Shown: positions 27,476-36,822 of the stretch, piece after piece
Position numbering within the stretch: position 1 is the stretch's first letter
How the letters are laid out: each line of letters begins with the position of its first letter
Source: Chthoniobacterales bacterium
Lineage (GTDB): Bacteria > Verrucomicrobiota > Verrucomicrobiia > Chthoniobacterales > Chthoniobacteraceae
Assembly (NCBI GenBank): GCA_038207335.1
Contig: JBBQZX010000017.1
Coordinates: 1 to 64,000 of the forward strand
Length of the DNA: 64,000 nucleotides
Direction: 5' to 3'
The notes under the pieces: model-generated
Told to the model about the DNA's origin: nothing
Databases searched by the model: none
The model's input: only the letters and a program-made list of their open reading frames with translations
Translations under genes and position numbers: made by a program

Positions 27476-30400
27476 AATATCCCTTTCTTCGACTCACTGC
27501 CGCGACGCTTTTGCTCTGCAGTCACGCATTCGCAAATGCCGTCACGATGGCGCCCGTCGAGGCGCCCGAGGCGCTGCCGAAAGACGCGACGATCGTCTCG
27601 CTCGAAGTCGTTCCGAGCGCGGTGAAGCTGCACGGCAAATACGAATATGCGCAGATTCTCGTGACCGCGAAGCTGGCCTCCGGCGACAGCGTCGATGTCA
27701 CGCGGCTCGCGAAAATCCACGCTGCGGGAGGGCTCGTGAATGTCTCGGAGACCGGGCATGTCGAGCCGAAGCAGAATGGCCTCGGTGAGCTCAAGATCGA
27801 GGCTGGAGGCCAATCCGCGAGCATCCCGGTCGATGTCTCTGCGCTGGCAGAAACGCCGGTAGTGGATTTTATCCGGGACGTGAATCCGGTGATGACGCGA
27901 CTCGGCTGCAACGCCGGGACGTGCCACGGAGCGAAGGAAGGGAAGTTCGGATTCAAGCTCTCTCTGCGCGGATACGACCCGATTTTCGACGTGCGTTCGC
28001 TGAAAGACGACCTCGCGGCGCGGAGGCTGAATGTCTCGGAGCCGGACGAGAGTCTGATGCTTTTGAAAGCGACCGCGGGCGTGCCGCATGAGGGGGGGCA
28101 GCGCACGAAGCTCGGCGACAAGTATTACGAAATTCTCCGCGCATGGATCGCGGATGGCGCGAAGCTCGACGTGAAGGCGCCGCGCGTGGCGAAAATCGAG
28201 ATCTTTCCGCAAGACCCAGTCGTTCAGGAAATCGGCGCGAAGCAGCAGATGCGGGTGGTCGCAACCTTTACGAATGGCGAGACGCGCGACGTGAGCGCGG
28301 AGGCGTTTGTGGAGAGCGGCAACAGCGACGTGATGGCAACCGATGGCGGCGGGCTGATGAAGACGCTGCGGCGCGGCGAAGCGCCGGTGCTCGCACGGTA
28401 CGAGGGCGCTTACGCCGCGACGACGGTGACCGTGATGGGCGATCGCACGGGCTTCGTCTGGAACTCCCCGCCCACTTTCAGCCGCATTGACGAACTCGTC
28501 GCGGCGAAGTGGGAGCGGATGCGAATCCAGCCGTCGCAGATGTGCAGCGACGAGACGTTTCTGCGCCGCGTGAATCTCGATCTCGCAGGCGTGCCGCCGA
28601 CCGCGGATGCTGTGCGCGCCTTCGATGCCGACCCGCGCGACCAGCGGGTGAAGCGCGAGGAATTGATCGACAAGCTGATCGGCAGCCCGGATTTCATCGA
28701 CCACTGGACGAACAAGTGGGCGGACCTTTTGCAGGTGAATTCCAAGTTCCTCGGAAAGGACGGCGCGACCGCATTTCGCGGATGGATTCGCAAGGAAATC
28801 GAAGACAACACTCCTTACGATCAATTCGTTCGGAAGATCATGACGGCGAGCGGATCGAACCGCGAAAACCCGGCGGCGTCCTACTTCAAAATCCTCCGCG
28901 AACCGGCGGAGACGATGGAAAATACGACGCACCTTTTCCTCGCGACGCGCTTCAACTGCAACAAGTGCCACGACCATCCGTTCGAGCGCTGGACGCAGGA
29001 TAATTACTACCATCTCGCGGCGTTCTTCGCGCAGGTACAGCTCGATGGCGACCCGGCGAGCGGCGGGCAGAAAATCGAGGGGACCGCGGTGGAAAATGCG
29101 AAGCCACTCTACGAGATCGTGCGCGACAAAACGGACGGCGACGTGACGCACCTGCGGACGAATAAAGTCGCCGCGCCCGAGTTTCCCTTTGCTACAAAAT
29201 CGGACGCGGGCAGCAAGGCGACGCGGCGCGAGCGGCTCGCCGACTGGCTCACCTCGGCGGACAACCGCTACTTTGCGATGAGCTACGTGAACCGCATCTG
29301 GGGCTACCTCCTCGGCGTCGGCATCATCGAGCCGCTCGACGACATCCGCGCCGGAAATCCCGCGACAAATCCCGAGCTGCTAAACTACCTCACGCAGGAG
29401 TTCGTCGGACACGGCTTCGACGTGCGGCACCTCGTGCGGATCATCTGCCAGTCGCGCACCTACCAGCTCGAGCTCGCGACGAACCAGTGGAACGCGGACG
29501 ACAAGATCAACTACTCGCACGCCACGCCACGCCGCCTCCCGGCCGAGGTGCTCTACGACTCCGTCATGCGCGTCGTCGGCAGCGAGACGCACTTCCCCGG
29601 CGTGCCCGCCGGCACACGCGCCTCGCAACTTCCGGACGCGGCGAATGATCTACCGAGCGGCTTCCTCGCGAGCCTCGGACGGCCCGCACGAGAGAGCTCG
29701 TGCGAGTGCGAGCGCAGCGGCGAAATCCGCCTCGGCAGCGTAATGGCGATGCTCAGCGGACCGGCGGTGGCGGACGCAATCGGCGACCCGCAAAATGCGC
29801 TCGCGAAGATGGTCAGCACACAGCCCGACGACCGGCAGCTCGTGGATGAGATGTTTCTCCGCGTGCTGAACCGCCACGCGAAAGACGACGAGATCGCGAA
29901 AGTGCAGGCATCTTGGGGCGTGATCGTAGGCGACAACGCGAAGCTCGACGAAAAGCTCGCGGCGAAGGAAGCCGAGCAAGCACCGCTCATCGCGAAAGCG
30001 GAAGGCGAGCGCGTCGCGGCGAGCGATGCGGCGAAAAAAGAACTCACGCGTTACGAGGCTGAGATTGCGCCCAAACTCGCGGAAGCGGAGACGAAACGGC
30101 AGGCGGACATCTTGGCGAGCGACAAGGCGGTGAAGGATTACGAGGCCGGGGAGCTGGCAAAGGCGCAGGCGAATTTCGAGGCGACCGTGCCCGCGGTGCG
30201 GACGTTGACGGGCTGGCAGACGCTCGACCCAGTGGAGTTCAAGGCGACCGGCGGCATCACGCTGGAGAAGCTCCCGGACGGCAGCATCAAGGCCGGCGGG
30301 CCGCGGCCGGACGGCAGCGACTACACCATCAAGATCGACACCAAGCTCGCGGGCATCACCGGATTTCTGCTGGAGGTGCTGCCGAGCGCCGAGGAGGCGA

Positions 30401-31116
30401 ATTTCGGCCCCGGGCGTTTCACCGAGGGCAACTTCGTCCTCACGGAAATTGGCTTGAAGACCACTGTCTTCGGCGGCGAAGGCAGCCCGAAGGAGGCCAA
30501 GATCGCCGACGCCATCGCTGACTACAGCCAGAAGGACTACGAGGTGAAAAAGGCGATCGACGGCAAGCGCGGCGACGGCAACAACGGTTGGGCAGTGAGC
30601 AATCAATTCGGTGTGCCACACTACGCCGCACTCTCACTCGAAAAGCCGCTGGGCAACGCCCAGAAAGGCGTGCGCCTGCGCTTCGACCTGCACCACCCGC
30701 GCAAAGGCGGCTTCACCATCGCGCGCTTTCGCATCTGGGCCACGACCTCTGCGATGCCGCTGAACATCGGCCTCCCCGCCCCCGTCGCCGAAGCCCTCAA
30801 AACCCTCCCCGCCGCGCGCACTCAGGAGCAAACCGCCGCCATCGTCGCCTACTGGCACGAGAAAGACCCCGAGTTCCTCAAGCGCCAGCTCACCCTCGCC
30901 AAACTCCAGCTCACGCCCGGCACCGACCAAGGCGTCCTAGACCGCCGCGCCGCAGTGGCCACCGCCGAGCAGCCCGTCGCTCTCGACCCCGCGCTCATCC
31001 GCCTCCGCGCCGACGCCGAACAAAGCAAAGCTCAAATCGTCAACAAACGTCTCACGGGTGCCCAAGACCTAGCCTGGGCACTCATCAACACCCCGGCTTT
31101 CCTCTTCAATCGATGA
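27472..31116 (+). CDS. DUF1549/DUF1553 protein with Ig-like domains
   Basis: GCNAGTCHG, FLRRV.LDL.G.PP, CNKCHDHP, VNRIW, PRRL.AE, R.SSCECER, terminal DLAWALIN..FLFNR. Confidence 0.93.
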   Translation: MKYPFLRLTAATLLLCSHAFANAVTMAPVEAPEALPKDATIVSLEVVPSAVKLHGKYEYAQILVTAKLASGDSVDVTRLAKIHAAGGLVNVSETGHVEPKQNGLGELKIEAGGQSASIPVDVSALAETPVVDFIRDVNPVMTRLGCNAGTCHGAKEGKFGFKLSLRGYDPIFDVRSLKDDLAARRLNVSEPDESLMLLKATAGVPHEGGQRTKLGDKYYEILRAWIADGAKLDVKAPRVAKIEIFPQDPVVQEIGAKQQMRVVATFTNGETRDVSAEAFVESGNSDVMATDGGGLMKTLRRGEAPVLARYEGAYAATTVTVMGDRTGFVWNSPPTFSRIDELVAAKWERMRIQPSQMCSDETFLRRVNLDLAGVPPTADAVRAFDADPRDQRVKREELIDKLIGSPDFIDHWTNKWADLLQVNSKFLGKDGATAFRGWIRKEIEDNTPYDQFVRKIMTASGSNRENPAASYFKILREPAETMENTTHLFLATRFNCNKCHDHPFERWTQDNYYHLAAFFAQVQLDGDPASGGQKIEGTAVENAKPLYEIVRDKTDGDVTHLRTNKVAAPEFPFATKSDAGSKATRRERLADWLTSADNRYFAMSYVNRIWGYLLGVGIIEPLDDIRAGNPATNPELLNYLTQEFVGHGFDVRHLVRIICQSRTYQLELATNQWNADDKINYSHATPRRLPAEVLYDSVMRVVGSETHFPGVPAGTRASQLPDAANDLPSGFLASLGRPARESSCECERSGEIRLGSVMAMLSGPAVADAIGDPQNALAKMVSTQPDDRQLVDEMFLRVLNRHAKDDEIAKVQASWGVIVGDNAKLDEKLAAKEAEQAPLIAKAEGERVAASDAAKKELTRYEAEIAPKLAEAETKRQADILASDKAVKDYEAGELAKAQANFEATVPAVRTLTGWQTLDPVEFKATGGITLEKLPDGSIKAGGPRPDGSDYTIKIDTKLAGITGFLLEVLPSAEEANFGPGRFTEGNFVLTEIGLKTTVFGGEGSPKEAKIADAIADYSQKDYEVKKAIDGKRGDGNNGWAVSNQFGVPHYAALSLEKPLGNAQKGVRLRFDLHHPRKGGFTIARFRIWATTSAMPLNIGLPAPVAEALKTLPAARTQEQTAAIVAYWHEKDPEFLKRQLTLAKLQLTPGTDQGVLDRRAAVATAEQPVALDPALIRLRADAEQSKAQIVNKRLTGAQDLAWALINTPAFLFNR

Positions 31117-31322
31117 GCCGAATGGTCGGCGGCTGCCCCTCCGTGACGTCATCCACGATGGCAAAGTCACAATTTTGGTTGGAGCTTCCAAACATTCAGA
31201 AACAGGATCTTAAAGATTTGCGACGGCTCGCTGGAGGGCTTTTAAGCGTTTTTGCAGATGACGGATGTTGGTTTGAAGTCGGCGACGATGAGCCCGTCTC
31301 GATTCGTGTGCGAGACGAATGA
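31113..31322 (+). CDS. Possible small hypothetical protein or gene remnant (69 aa; 54 aa from ATG 31158)
   Basis: ATGA overlap with the upstream stop; AT-richer than its flanks; no recognisable motif. Confidence 0.3.
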   Translation: MSRMVGGCPSVTSSTMAKSQFWLELPNIQKQDLKDLRRLAGGLLSVFADDGCWFEVGDDEPVSIRVRDE

Positions 31323-31359
31323 ACTCTACCGACCGAAGGCCAAGGCAGAGGGCTGCGCG

Positions 31360-31382
31360 CGGGATCGGGGATTCCGGCTACA
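31360..31382. repeat. REP-like palindrome (degenerate)
   Basis: CGGGATC-GGG-GATTCCG followed by GCTACA (GTAG on the other strand); related to 6673-6697. Confidence 0.55.
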
Positions 31383-31424
31383 ACACTTTCTTCAATGTCC
31401 CGTTCGCTTCGCAGTTTCACCGGC

Positions 31425-32654
31425 CTACTCGCCAAGGGCGATGCAGACGAGATCGCCGGCGTTGTTTTTCGCGAAGAGGCGGCCGCCGGAATAGGTGGGC
31501 TGGACCCAGCAGCGACCACCTAGGATTTGGGCGCGGACGACTGGCTTGAAGCCTGTGGGAGATGCGGGGGCGATGAGGAGTTCGCCTTTTTCGCTGAGGA
31601 CGATGAGGCGGCCATCGACGAGGATGAGGCTGCCGCCGCTGACGGTGGTGTCGGTGAAGGCGATGGAGCCGGTGGCGGCGTCCAGGCAGACAAGGGGAGC
31701 TTTGGGTTCGGCCTGGCCGTCGATGCCGTAGATGTGGCCACCGGTTTCGATGGGGGTATTGATGTGGGCGTGGAGGTTTTTGTTTTTCCAGAGCGGGGTG
31801 GCGTGTCCGCCTTTGATCTGGAGCATGGCGCAGCCGGTGCCGTAGCCGCTGCTAAGGAAGACGCGGTCGCCGAGGATGAGGGGGGTGGCGGCGTTGACGC
31901 CGTAGTCGGTTTTCCAGGGGAAGCGCCAGAGCTCGCGGCCGTCGGCGGAGTCGAGGCCGAGGAGGGCGTTGCTTTTGAAGACGACGGCGGTCTTTTTGCC
32001 ATCGATGGTGGCTGGGACGATGGAGGCGTAACCGGCGTCGTCGGAGCCGCTTTTCCAAACGGTTTTGCCGGTGAGTTTGTCGAGAGCGACGGTGGAGGAG
32101 CCGTCGCCGCCGACATCGAGGAGGAGGAGAGTGCCGGCGATGGTGGGAGAGCCGGCGTAGCCCCACTGGGGGCGGCGTCCGCCGAGGTCTTTTTGGTGAT
32201 GTTGGTACCAGCGAGGCTTTCCAGTGGCCGCGTCGAGGCAGAAAAGGTCGCCTTGGTGGCTGACGGTGTAAACGCGGTCGCCATCGAGTGTGGGGGTGGC
32301 TGCGGTGCCACCCTCGAACATGCGTTTGTCGAGCGCGAGGGGGTATTGGTGGCGCCAGATTTGTTTGCCGGTTTTTGCGTCGAAGCAGAAGACGGAGTCT
32401 TTGCCGCCGGCATTTCCCATGGAGAATACGCGGTCGCCGGCGACGGTGATCCCAGAGGTGCCGATGCCGAGGGAGGCTTTCCACGCTATGCGCGGGTTTT
32501 CTGGGAGGGTCGCGGGGAGTTTTTCTGTGGAGGCTCCCCGCATTAAGGGGCCGCGGTAGTGGAGCCAGTCGGCGGCTGCATTTTCTCGAAGGCCGGCGAG
32601 GAGGAGCGCGGCGAGGGCTCCGCGAATGAGGAAGGGCATGGCGGAGTGTTTCAT
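31425..32654 (-). CDS. PQQ-like beta-propeller repeat protein
   Basis: Signal peptide, DW..YRGP, repeated LDA.TGK..W motifs. Confidence 0.92.
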   Translation of the reverse strand: MKHSAMPFLIRGALAALLLAGLRENAAADWLHYRGPLMRGASTEKLPATLPENPRIAWKASLGIGTSGITVAGDRVFSMGNAGGKDSVFCFDAKTGKQIWRHQYPLALDKRMFEGGTAATPTLDGDRVYTVSHQGDLFCLDAATGKPRWYQHHQKDLGGRRPQWGYAGSPTIAGTLLLLDVGGDGSSTVALDKLTGKTVWKSGSDDAGYASIVPATIDGKKTAVVFKSNALLGLDSADGRELWRFPWKTDYGVNAATPLILGDRVFLSSGYGTGCAMLQIKGGHATPLWKNKNLHAHINTPIETGGHIYGIDGQAEPKAPLVCLDAATGSIAFTDTTVSGGSLILVDGRLIVLSEKGELLIAPASPTGFKPVVRAQILGGRCWVQPTYSGGRLFAKNNAGDLVCIALGE

Positions 32655-32744
32655 GCGCAACCGGTAAAAGGGGGCGCGAGGGGTGTCAACCGGCGCGGGA
32701 GGCTCAGGGAACGCTGGGACAAGGACGACCGGCAGACAGGCGCG

Positions 32745-33119
32745 CTATTTAATGAAGCGGATTGTAAGCGGATATCGGAAGGCGACGCCTTCGTTGGATT
32801 TCACGGCTGCGACGATCATGCAGAGGACATGGTAAAATGGCAGCGCCCAAAGGAGCGGGACGCCAATGACCAATCCGATGATGGTGATGCAAAAGAGGAC
32901 AGCGATGATAGCGACTATGAAGAGGGTGATCTGGTAGTTGAGGGCTTCCTTGGCCTGGTCATCGACGAAGGGATTGCCGTCGCGCTTGAGGAGCCAGACG
33001 AGGAGTGGACCGAGGACGAAGCCGATGAGGGTGACGTATCCGGTAAATGCGCTGAGGTGGGCGAGGGTGGCCCAGAGGCGCTGGTCTTTGTCGGGTGCGG
33101 TGACGGCTGGGAGTTCCAT
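32745..33119 (-). CDS. DUF4870 family membrane protein
   Basis: WATLAHLS, GPLLVWL, QAKEALNYQIT, FRYPLTIRFIK. Confidence 0.9.
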   Translation of the reverse strand: MELPAVTAPDKDQRLWATLAHLSAFTGYVTLIGFVLGPLLVWLLKRDGNPFVDDQAKEALNYQITLFIVAIIAVLFCITIIGLVIGVPLLWALPFYHVLCMIVAAVKSNEGVAFRYPLTIRFIK

Positions 33120-33182
33120 GGCGGGGGATTATCTGTACGCTTGGCGCGGCGGAAGCAATGCGGAATGTGCGAAATGCGCGGG

Positions 33183-34478
33183 CTACTTCGCGCGGCCGTT
33201 GCGGCGGAGGAAGGTGGGCACGTCGAGATCCTGGCCATCGACGATGGTGGGTTCGCTTTTCTCAAAGCGACCCCGGGTGACTGGCTCAAATTGCATTTGC
33301 TCCTGTTTGCCTCCGCGCTTGGCGACAGGCTCGACGACGGGCGGACGGGCGGCAGCGGGCACACGCACTGGAGCGCGCGCCGCTGGCACGGCGACGACAT
33401 CTTCATCGGACTCGACAAAGGAGATGTGCGGCTCGGGTACGGCCTGGGAATCAAGGTCTGGAGCGGGTTCGCGGGCGGGTGGCGCGATGCGCGGGGCGTC
33501 GATGCCAGGGTCGGCTTCGACGGAGCTGAGGATGGTGACGACAAGGCGATTGCCGAGCCTCGGGTCGATGGCCATGCCAAAGAGGATTCGGGTGTGGTCG
33601 GCGATGTGGCGGTTAAGCTCGTCCATGAGGATCTGGACTTCGTTGAGGGTGAGGTTGGAGCCGCCGGCGATATTCACGAGGACGCTGTCGGCCTCGGAGA
33701 GCATGCGGCCTCGGTCCATGAGGGGGCTTTTGAGGGCGCGCTCGAGTGCGAGATGGGCGCGGTTGTCGCCGTCGGCGTCGCCGCTGCCAAAGACGCAGCG
33801 CGGGTTCTGCCGGCGGAGGACCGTCGCGAGTTCGTCGAGTCCGGCGTGGATGAGACCGCGGCGGCGGATGAGTGCGGAAATGGCGCGGACGCTCTGGCTG
33901 AGGGTCTGGTCGGCGACGCCGAATGCGTCCTGCACGGCGGCGGTGGGGGAGACGGCATCGGCCATTTTGTCGTTGTCAAAACAGACGACGACATCGGCGT
34001 AGCGATGAAGGGTGGCGAGGGCGTCCTGCGCCTGCGCCATGCGCCTTTTTCCCTCGAAGGAAAACGGCATGGTGGCGAAGAGGACGACGAGTGCGCCGAG
34101 GTCACGCGCGTAGGAGGCGATGAGTGGCGCTGCGCCGGAGCCGGTGCCGCCGCCGAGTCCGGTGCAGATGAGTACGACGTCTGCGCCATCGAGCGCCGCG
34201 CGGAGGTCGCCTGCGACTTCCTCGGCGGCTTCGTAGCCGAGTTCAGGGTCGCCGCCTGCGCCGAGGCCGCGCGTGGTTTTCGGGCCGAGCTGCACTTTTG
34301 CCGGAGCGACGGAGCCGGTGAGGGACTGGAGGTCGGTATTGATGGCGATGAGTTCGGCACCGTCCGCTCCGTCGAGCTGGATGCGGTCGAGGACGTTGGT
34401 GCCCGCGCCCCCGAGGCCGAGGATTTGGACGCGTGGCTCGCGGGCCACGGCGTGGGAAGTGCGAGGAAATTCGATCAT
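33183..34478 (-). CDS. ftsZ: Cell division protein FtsZ (divergent)
   Basis: GLGGAGTN, NTD, GLGAGGDP, GGGTGSG, PF.FEG, C-terminal DLDVPTFLRR. Confidence 0.95.
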   Translation of the reverse strand: MIEFPRTSHAVAREPRVQILGLGGAGTNVLDRIQLDGADGAELIAINTDLQSLTGSVAPAKVQLGPKTTRGLGAGGDPELGYEAAEEVAGDLRAALDGADVVLICTGLGGGTGSGAAPLIASYARDLGALVVLFATMPFSFEGKRRMAQAQDALATLHRYADVVVCFDNDKMADAVSPTAAVQDAFGVADQTLSQSVRAISALIRRRGLIHAGLDELATVLRRQNPRCVFGSGDADGDNRAHLALERALKSPLMDRGRMLSEADSVLVNIAGGSNLTLNEVQILMDELNRHIADHTRILFGMAIDPRLGNRLVVTILSSVEADPGIDAPRIAPPAREPAPDLDSQAVPEPHISFVESDEDVVAVPAARAPVRVPAAARPPVVEPVAKRGGKQEQMQFEPVTRGRFEKSEPTIVDGQDLDVPTFLRRNGRAK

Positions 34479-35743
34479 GGCCGGAAGGTAAAAAAGAGAA
34501 CGACGGTGATGACGAGGAGGGCCGGGATGAGCAGCCAGATGCCGAAGAAGGGAATCTTGCGAGCCATGCGCGAGAGCCAGCCGCGGGGCTTTTCTCCCTG
34601 CATGGCTTGCGCATATTTGATGAGGCCGATGGCGGTGGAGAACTGGGGATTCTCGAAGGCGGAGGTGACGCCGCTGACGGTATGGGCGTGGGTGAGGTGG
34701 ACGGGAAGGCCGAAGATTTCCTCGGCGAGCTTATCGACTCCGTCGAGCATGGAGCAGCCGCCGGTGAGGAGGACGCCGGCGCCGAGGAAGTCGAGGTAGT
34801 TTGAGTCGTCGAACTCGCGCCGCAGGAGCTCGAGTGTTTCGCGGACGCGGCAGTGGATGATGGTGTTCAACATCTCGCGCTCGATTTCGCGCCCCGCAAA
34901 TCCGGTCTCATCCTTGAGCACCACGGTTTCTCCGGGCAGGGAATCGCCGAGGGTGACACCGCCCTCTTCGATTTTCAACCGCTCGGCCCGCGCCATGGGG
35001 ATGCGCAGGCCGAGTGAGATGTCATTCGTAATGTGGTCGCCTCCGACCGCGATGCAGCCGCTCTGCTTGATCCCGCCATCGACGTAGGCCGCGTATCCAG
35101 TGGTACCGCCGCCCATATCGATGACAAGGGCGCCGAGATTTTTCTGGTTGAGATCGAGGACGACGAGTGCGGAAGCGATCGCGCCGAAGACGATTTCCTC
35201 GACGTCAATGTCGAGTTCCTTCACGCAGCGAATGCTGTTTTTGATTCGGTTGCCGATGCCGTGGACGATGTGAAAGTCGGCCTCGAGCTTGCGGCCCATC
35301 ATGCCGATGGGATTGAGGACGCCGTCCTGCCCATCAACGTAATAGCGCTGAAGAAATGAGTGCAGGAAGATGTTGGAAGGCGGGATGGTGACTTCGCGCG
35401 CGGCTGCCTGCACGTCTTCGTAGTCCTCCTCGCAGATGTCTTCTCGATCGTCGGGGATGGTGACGGAGCCGCGGTTGTTGAAGCTCTCGACGTGGCCTCC
35501 CGATACGGCGAGGAAAACGCTGCGGATCATGACGTCGCTCTTTTCCTCCGCATCGGCCAGCGCCTCGCGGATGCACTTTCCCGCAGTGTCGAAATCGACG
35601 ATCTCGCCTTTCCTTACACCGCGCGAGGGTGCCTGACCAACTCCGAGGATCTTCACCGTGCCATCGCGGCGCGTCTCGCCGACGACAGCGCAAATCTTCG
35701 ATGTCCCGATCTCCAAGCCGACGACGATGTCTTCGCTAGCCAT
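34475..35743 (-). CDS. ftsA: Cell division protein FtsA
   Basis: GLEIGTSKI, GVRKG, IDMGGGTT, GGDHITNDI, AERLK, LTGG. Confidence 0.96.
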   Translation of the reverse strand: MASEDIVVGLEIGTSKICAVVGETRRDGTVKILGVGQAPSRGVRKGEIVDFDTAGKCIREALADAEEKSDVMIRSVFLAVSGGHVESFNNRGSVTIPDDREDICEEDYEDVQAAAREVTIPPSNIFLHSFLQRYYVDGQDGVLNPIGMMGRKLEADFHIVHGIGNRIKNSIRCVKELDIDVEEIVFGAIASALVVLDLNQKNLGALVIDMGGGTTGYAAYVDGGIKQSGCIAVGGDHITNDISLGLRIPMARAERLKIEEGGVTLGDSLPGETVVLKDETGFAGREIEREMLNTIIHCRVRETLELLRREFDDSNYLDFLGAGVLLTGGCSMLDGVDKLAEEIFGLPVHLTHAHTVSGVTSAFENPQFSTAIGLIKYAQAMQGEKPRGWLSRMARKIPFFGIWLLIPALLVITVVLFFTFRP

Positions 35744-36822
35744 CAGAGCTTGAACTTCTTTTTGACCGAGTCCGCGGGCGTTCTCCGCGGCGTCGGCGTG
35801 GCTTCTTTTTTCTTTGAAGATGACGGCGTCGGTGTGCCGCTCGACGGCTTTTTCGACGGGGTCGGCGTCGCCTTGCCGGTGGATTTTTCGTGCGAAGACT
35901 CCCCCTTCGGCGGCGAGGCGATTGACGGGATTTCGCTCTCCTGCTCGCTGTCGGCAAAGGTGACGGGGATGTTGCGATCGACCATCAAGTTCACGGTGCG
36001 CAATTCTCGCATTCTCATCTCGGGCCGCTCGAGAAAACGGTTGAGCGTGTCCAGCTTCCGATCGATCCCGTCGAGCCCGAAGGTGACCTGCGCGTGCGTC
36101 GTGTCGGTCACGACAAGGCAGTAGCCTTTTGACACGTCGATATTTCGCGCCTGGTATCCGGTGCTGTCGGCATTCAACCGCACGAGATCGAGCGCGGCCT
36201 GCATTTCAAAGGTCTGCATGCGCTGGCCTGCCGCGAGATTATCCACCTCGACGCCAGAGATCACCGGCAAATGCAGATACTCGGGAAGCACCGTCTTGCT
36301 CCTCATCACCACCCCGCGCGCATCGATCAAAAACGACCGCTCCGAACTCGTCGGATCTTCGTCGGCCCTCGATGTGACCCACGCAATCGGTCGCCTTTCG
36401 ATGACGTTGATATCGACATGGTTCGGCAGCGTGCGTTGGATTTCCGTACGCTCGACCTGCGGCAGTTTCTCGAGCGCGTCATGCGCCGCCGTGAGGTCGA
36501 TGGTGAAAATATTGCGCCCCTCGATAATGCCGCTCGCCATCACGATTTGCTCGCGCGTAAGCGCGCCGTCGGTGGTCACGCGCAGCGGAGCGAGGAAGTA
36601 ATCGGGGTTCTCCCACAGAAAACGCCGGAGCCCCTCCTTCCCGCCGATGTAGATGCCCGCGACAATGGCGACGAAGCAGATGATTTTGCATGATGTGAAA
36701 AAGATCGCGCGATTTCGCTGAGCGACGGCTTTGTCACGGCGGATCGTAACTTCGAGGAGGTGCTGCTGTTTACGCTGCCGCTGGTTCGACACGCGCTGGT
36801 TGCGGGAGTTGCCGTTTTTCAT
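35743..36822 (-). CDS. ftsQ: Cell division protein FtsQ/DivIB
   Basis: Single TM, POTRA-like region, R.LP...I...ER.P.A motif; lies between ddl and ftsA. Confidence 0.88.
   Translation of the reverse strand: MKNGNSRNQRVSNQRQRKQQHLLEVTIRRDKAVAQRNRAIFFTSCKIICFVAIVAGIYIGGKEGLRRFLWENPDYFLAPLRVTTDGALTREQIVMASGIIEGRNIFTIDLTAAHDALEKLPQVERTEIQRTLPNHVDINVIERRPIAWVTSRADEDPTSSERSFLIDARGVVMRSKTVLPEYLHLPVISGVEVDNLAAGQRMQTFEMQAALDLVRLNADSTGYQARNIDVSKGYCLVVTDTTHAQVTFGLDGIDRKLDTLNRFLERPEMRMRELRTVNLMVDRNIPVTFADSEQESEIPSIASPPKGESSHEKSTGKATPTPSKKPSSGTPTPSSSKKKEATPTPRRTPADSVKKKFKL

Noticed and set aside
32559..34799. 746-aa plus-strand ORF and similar long shadow ORFs (8975-10618, 27307-29151, 45593-47044, 49028-50500)
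   Set aside because: Antisense to well-supported genes; expected in high-GC DNA; no recognisable motifs
35760..35950. TPTP/SKK repeats in the FtsQ tail
   Set aside because: Ordinary low-complexity disordered tail, not a DNA-level tandem array
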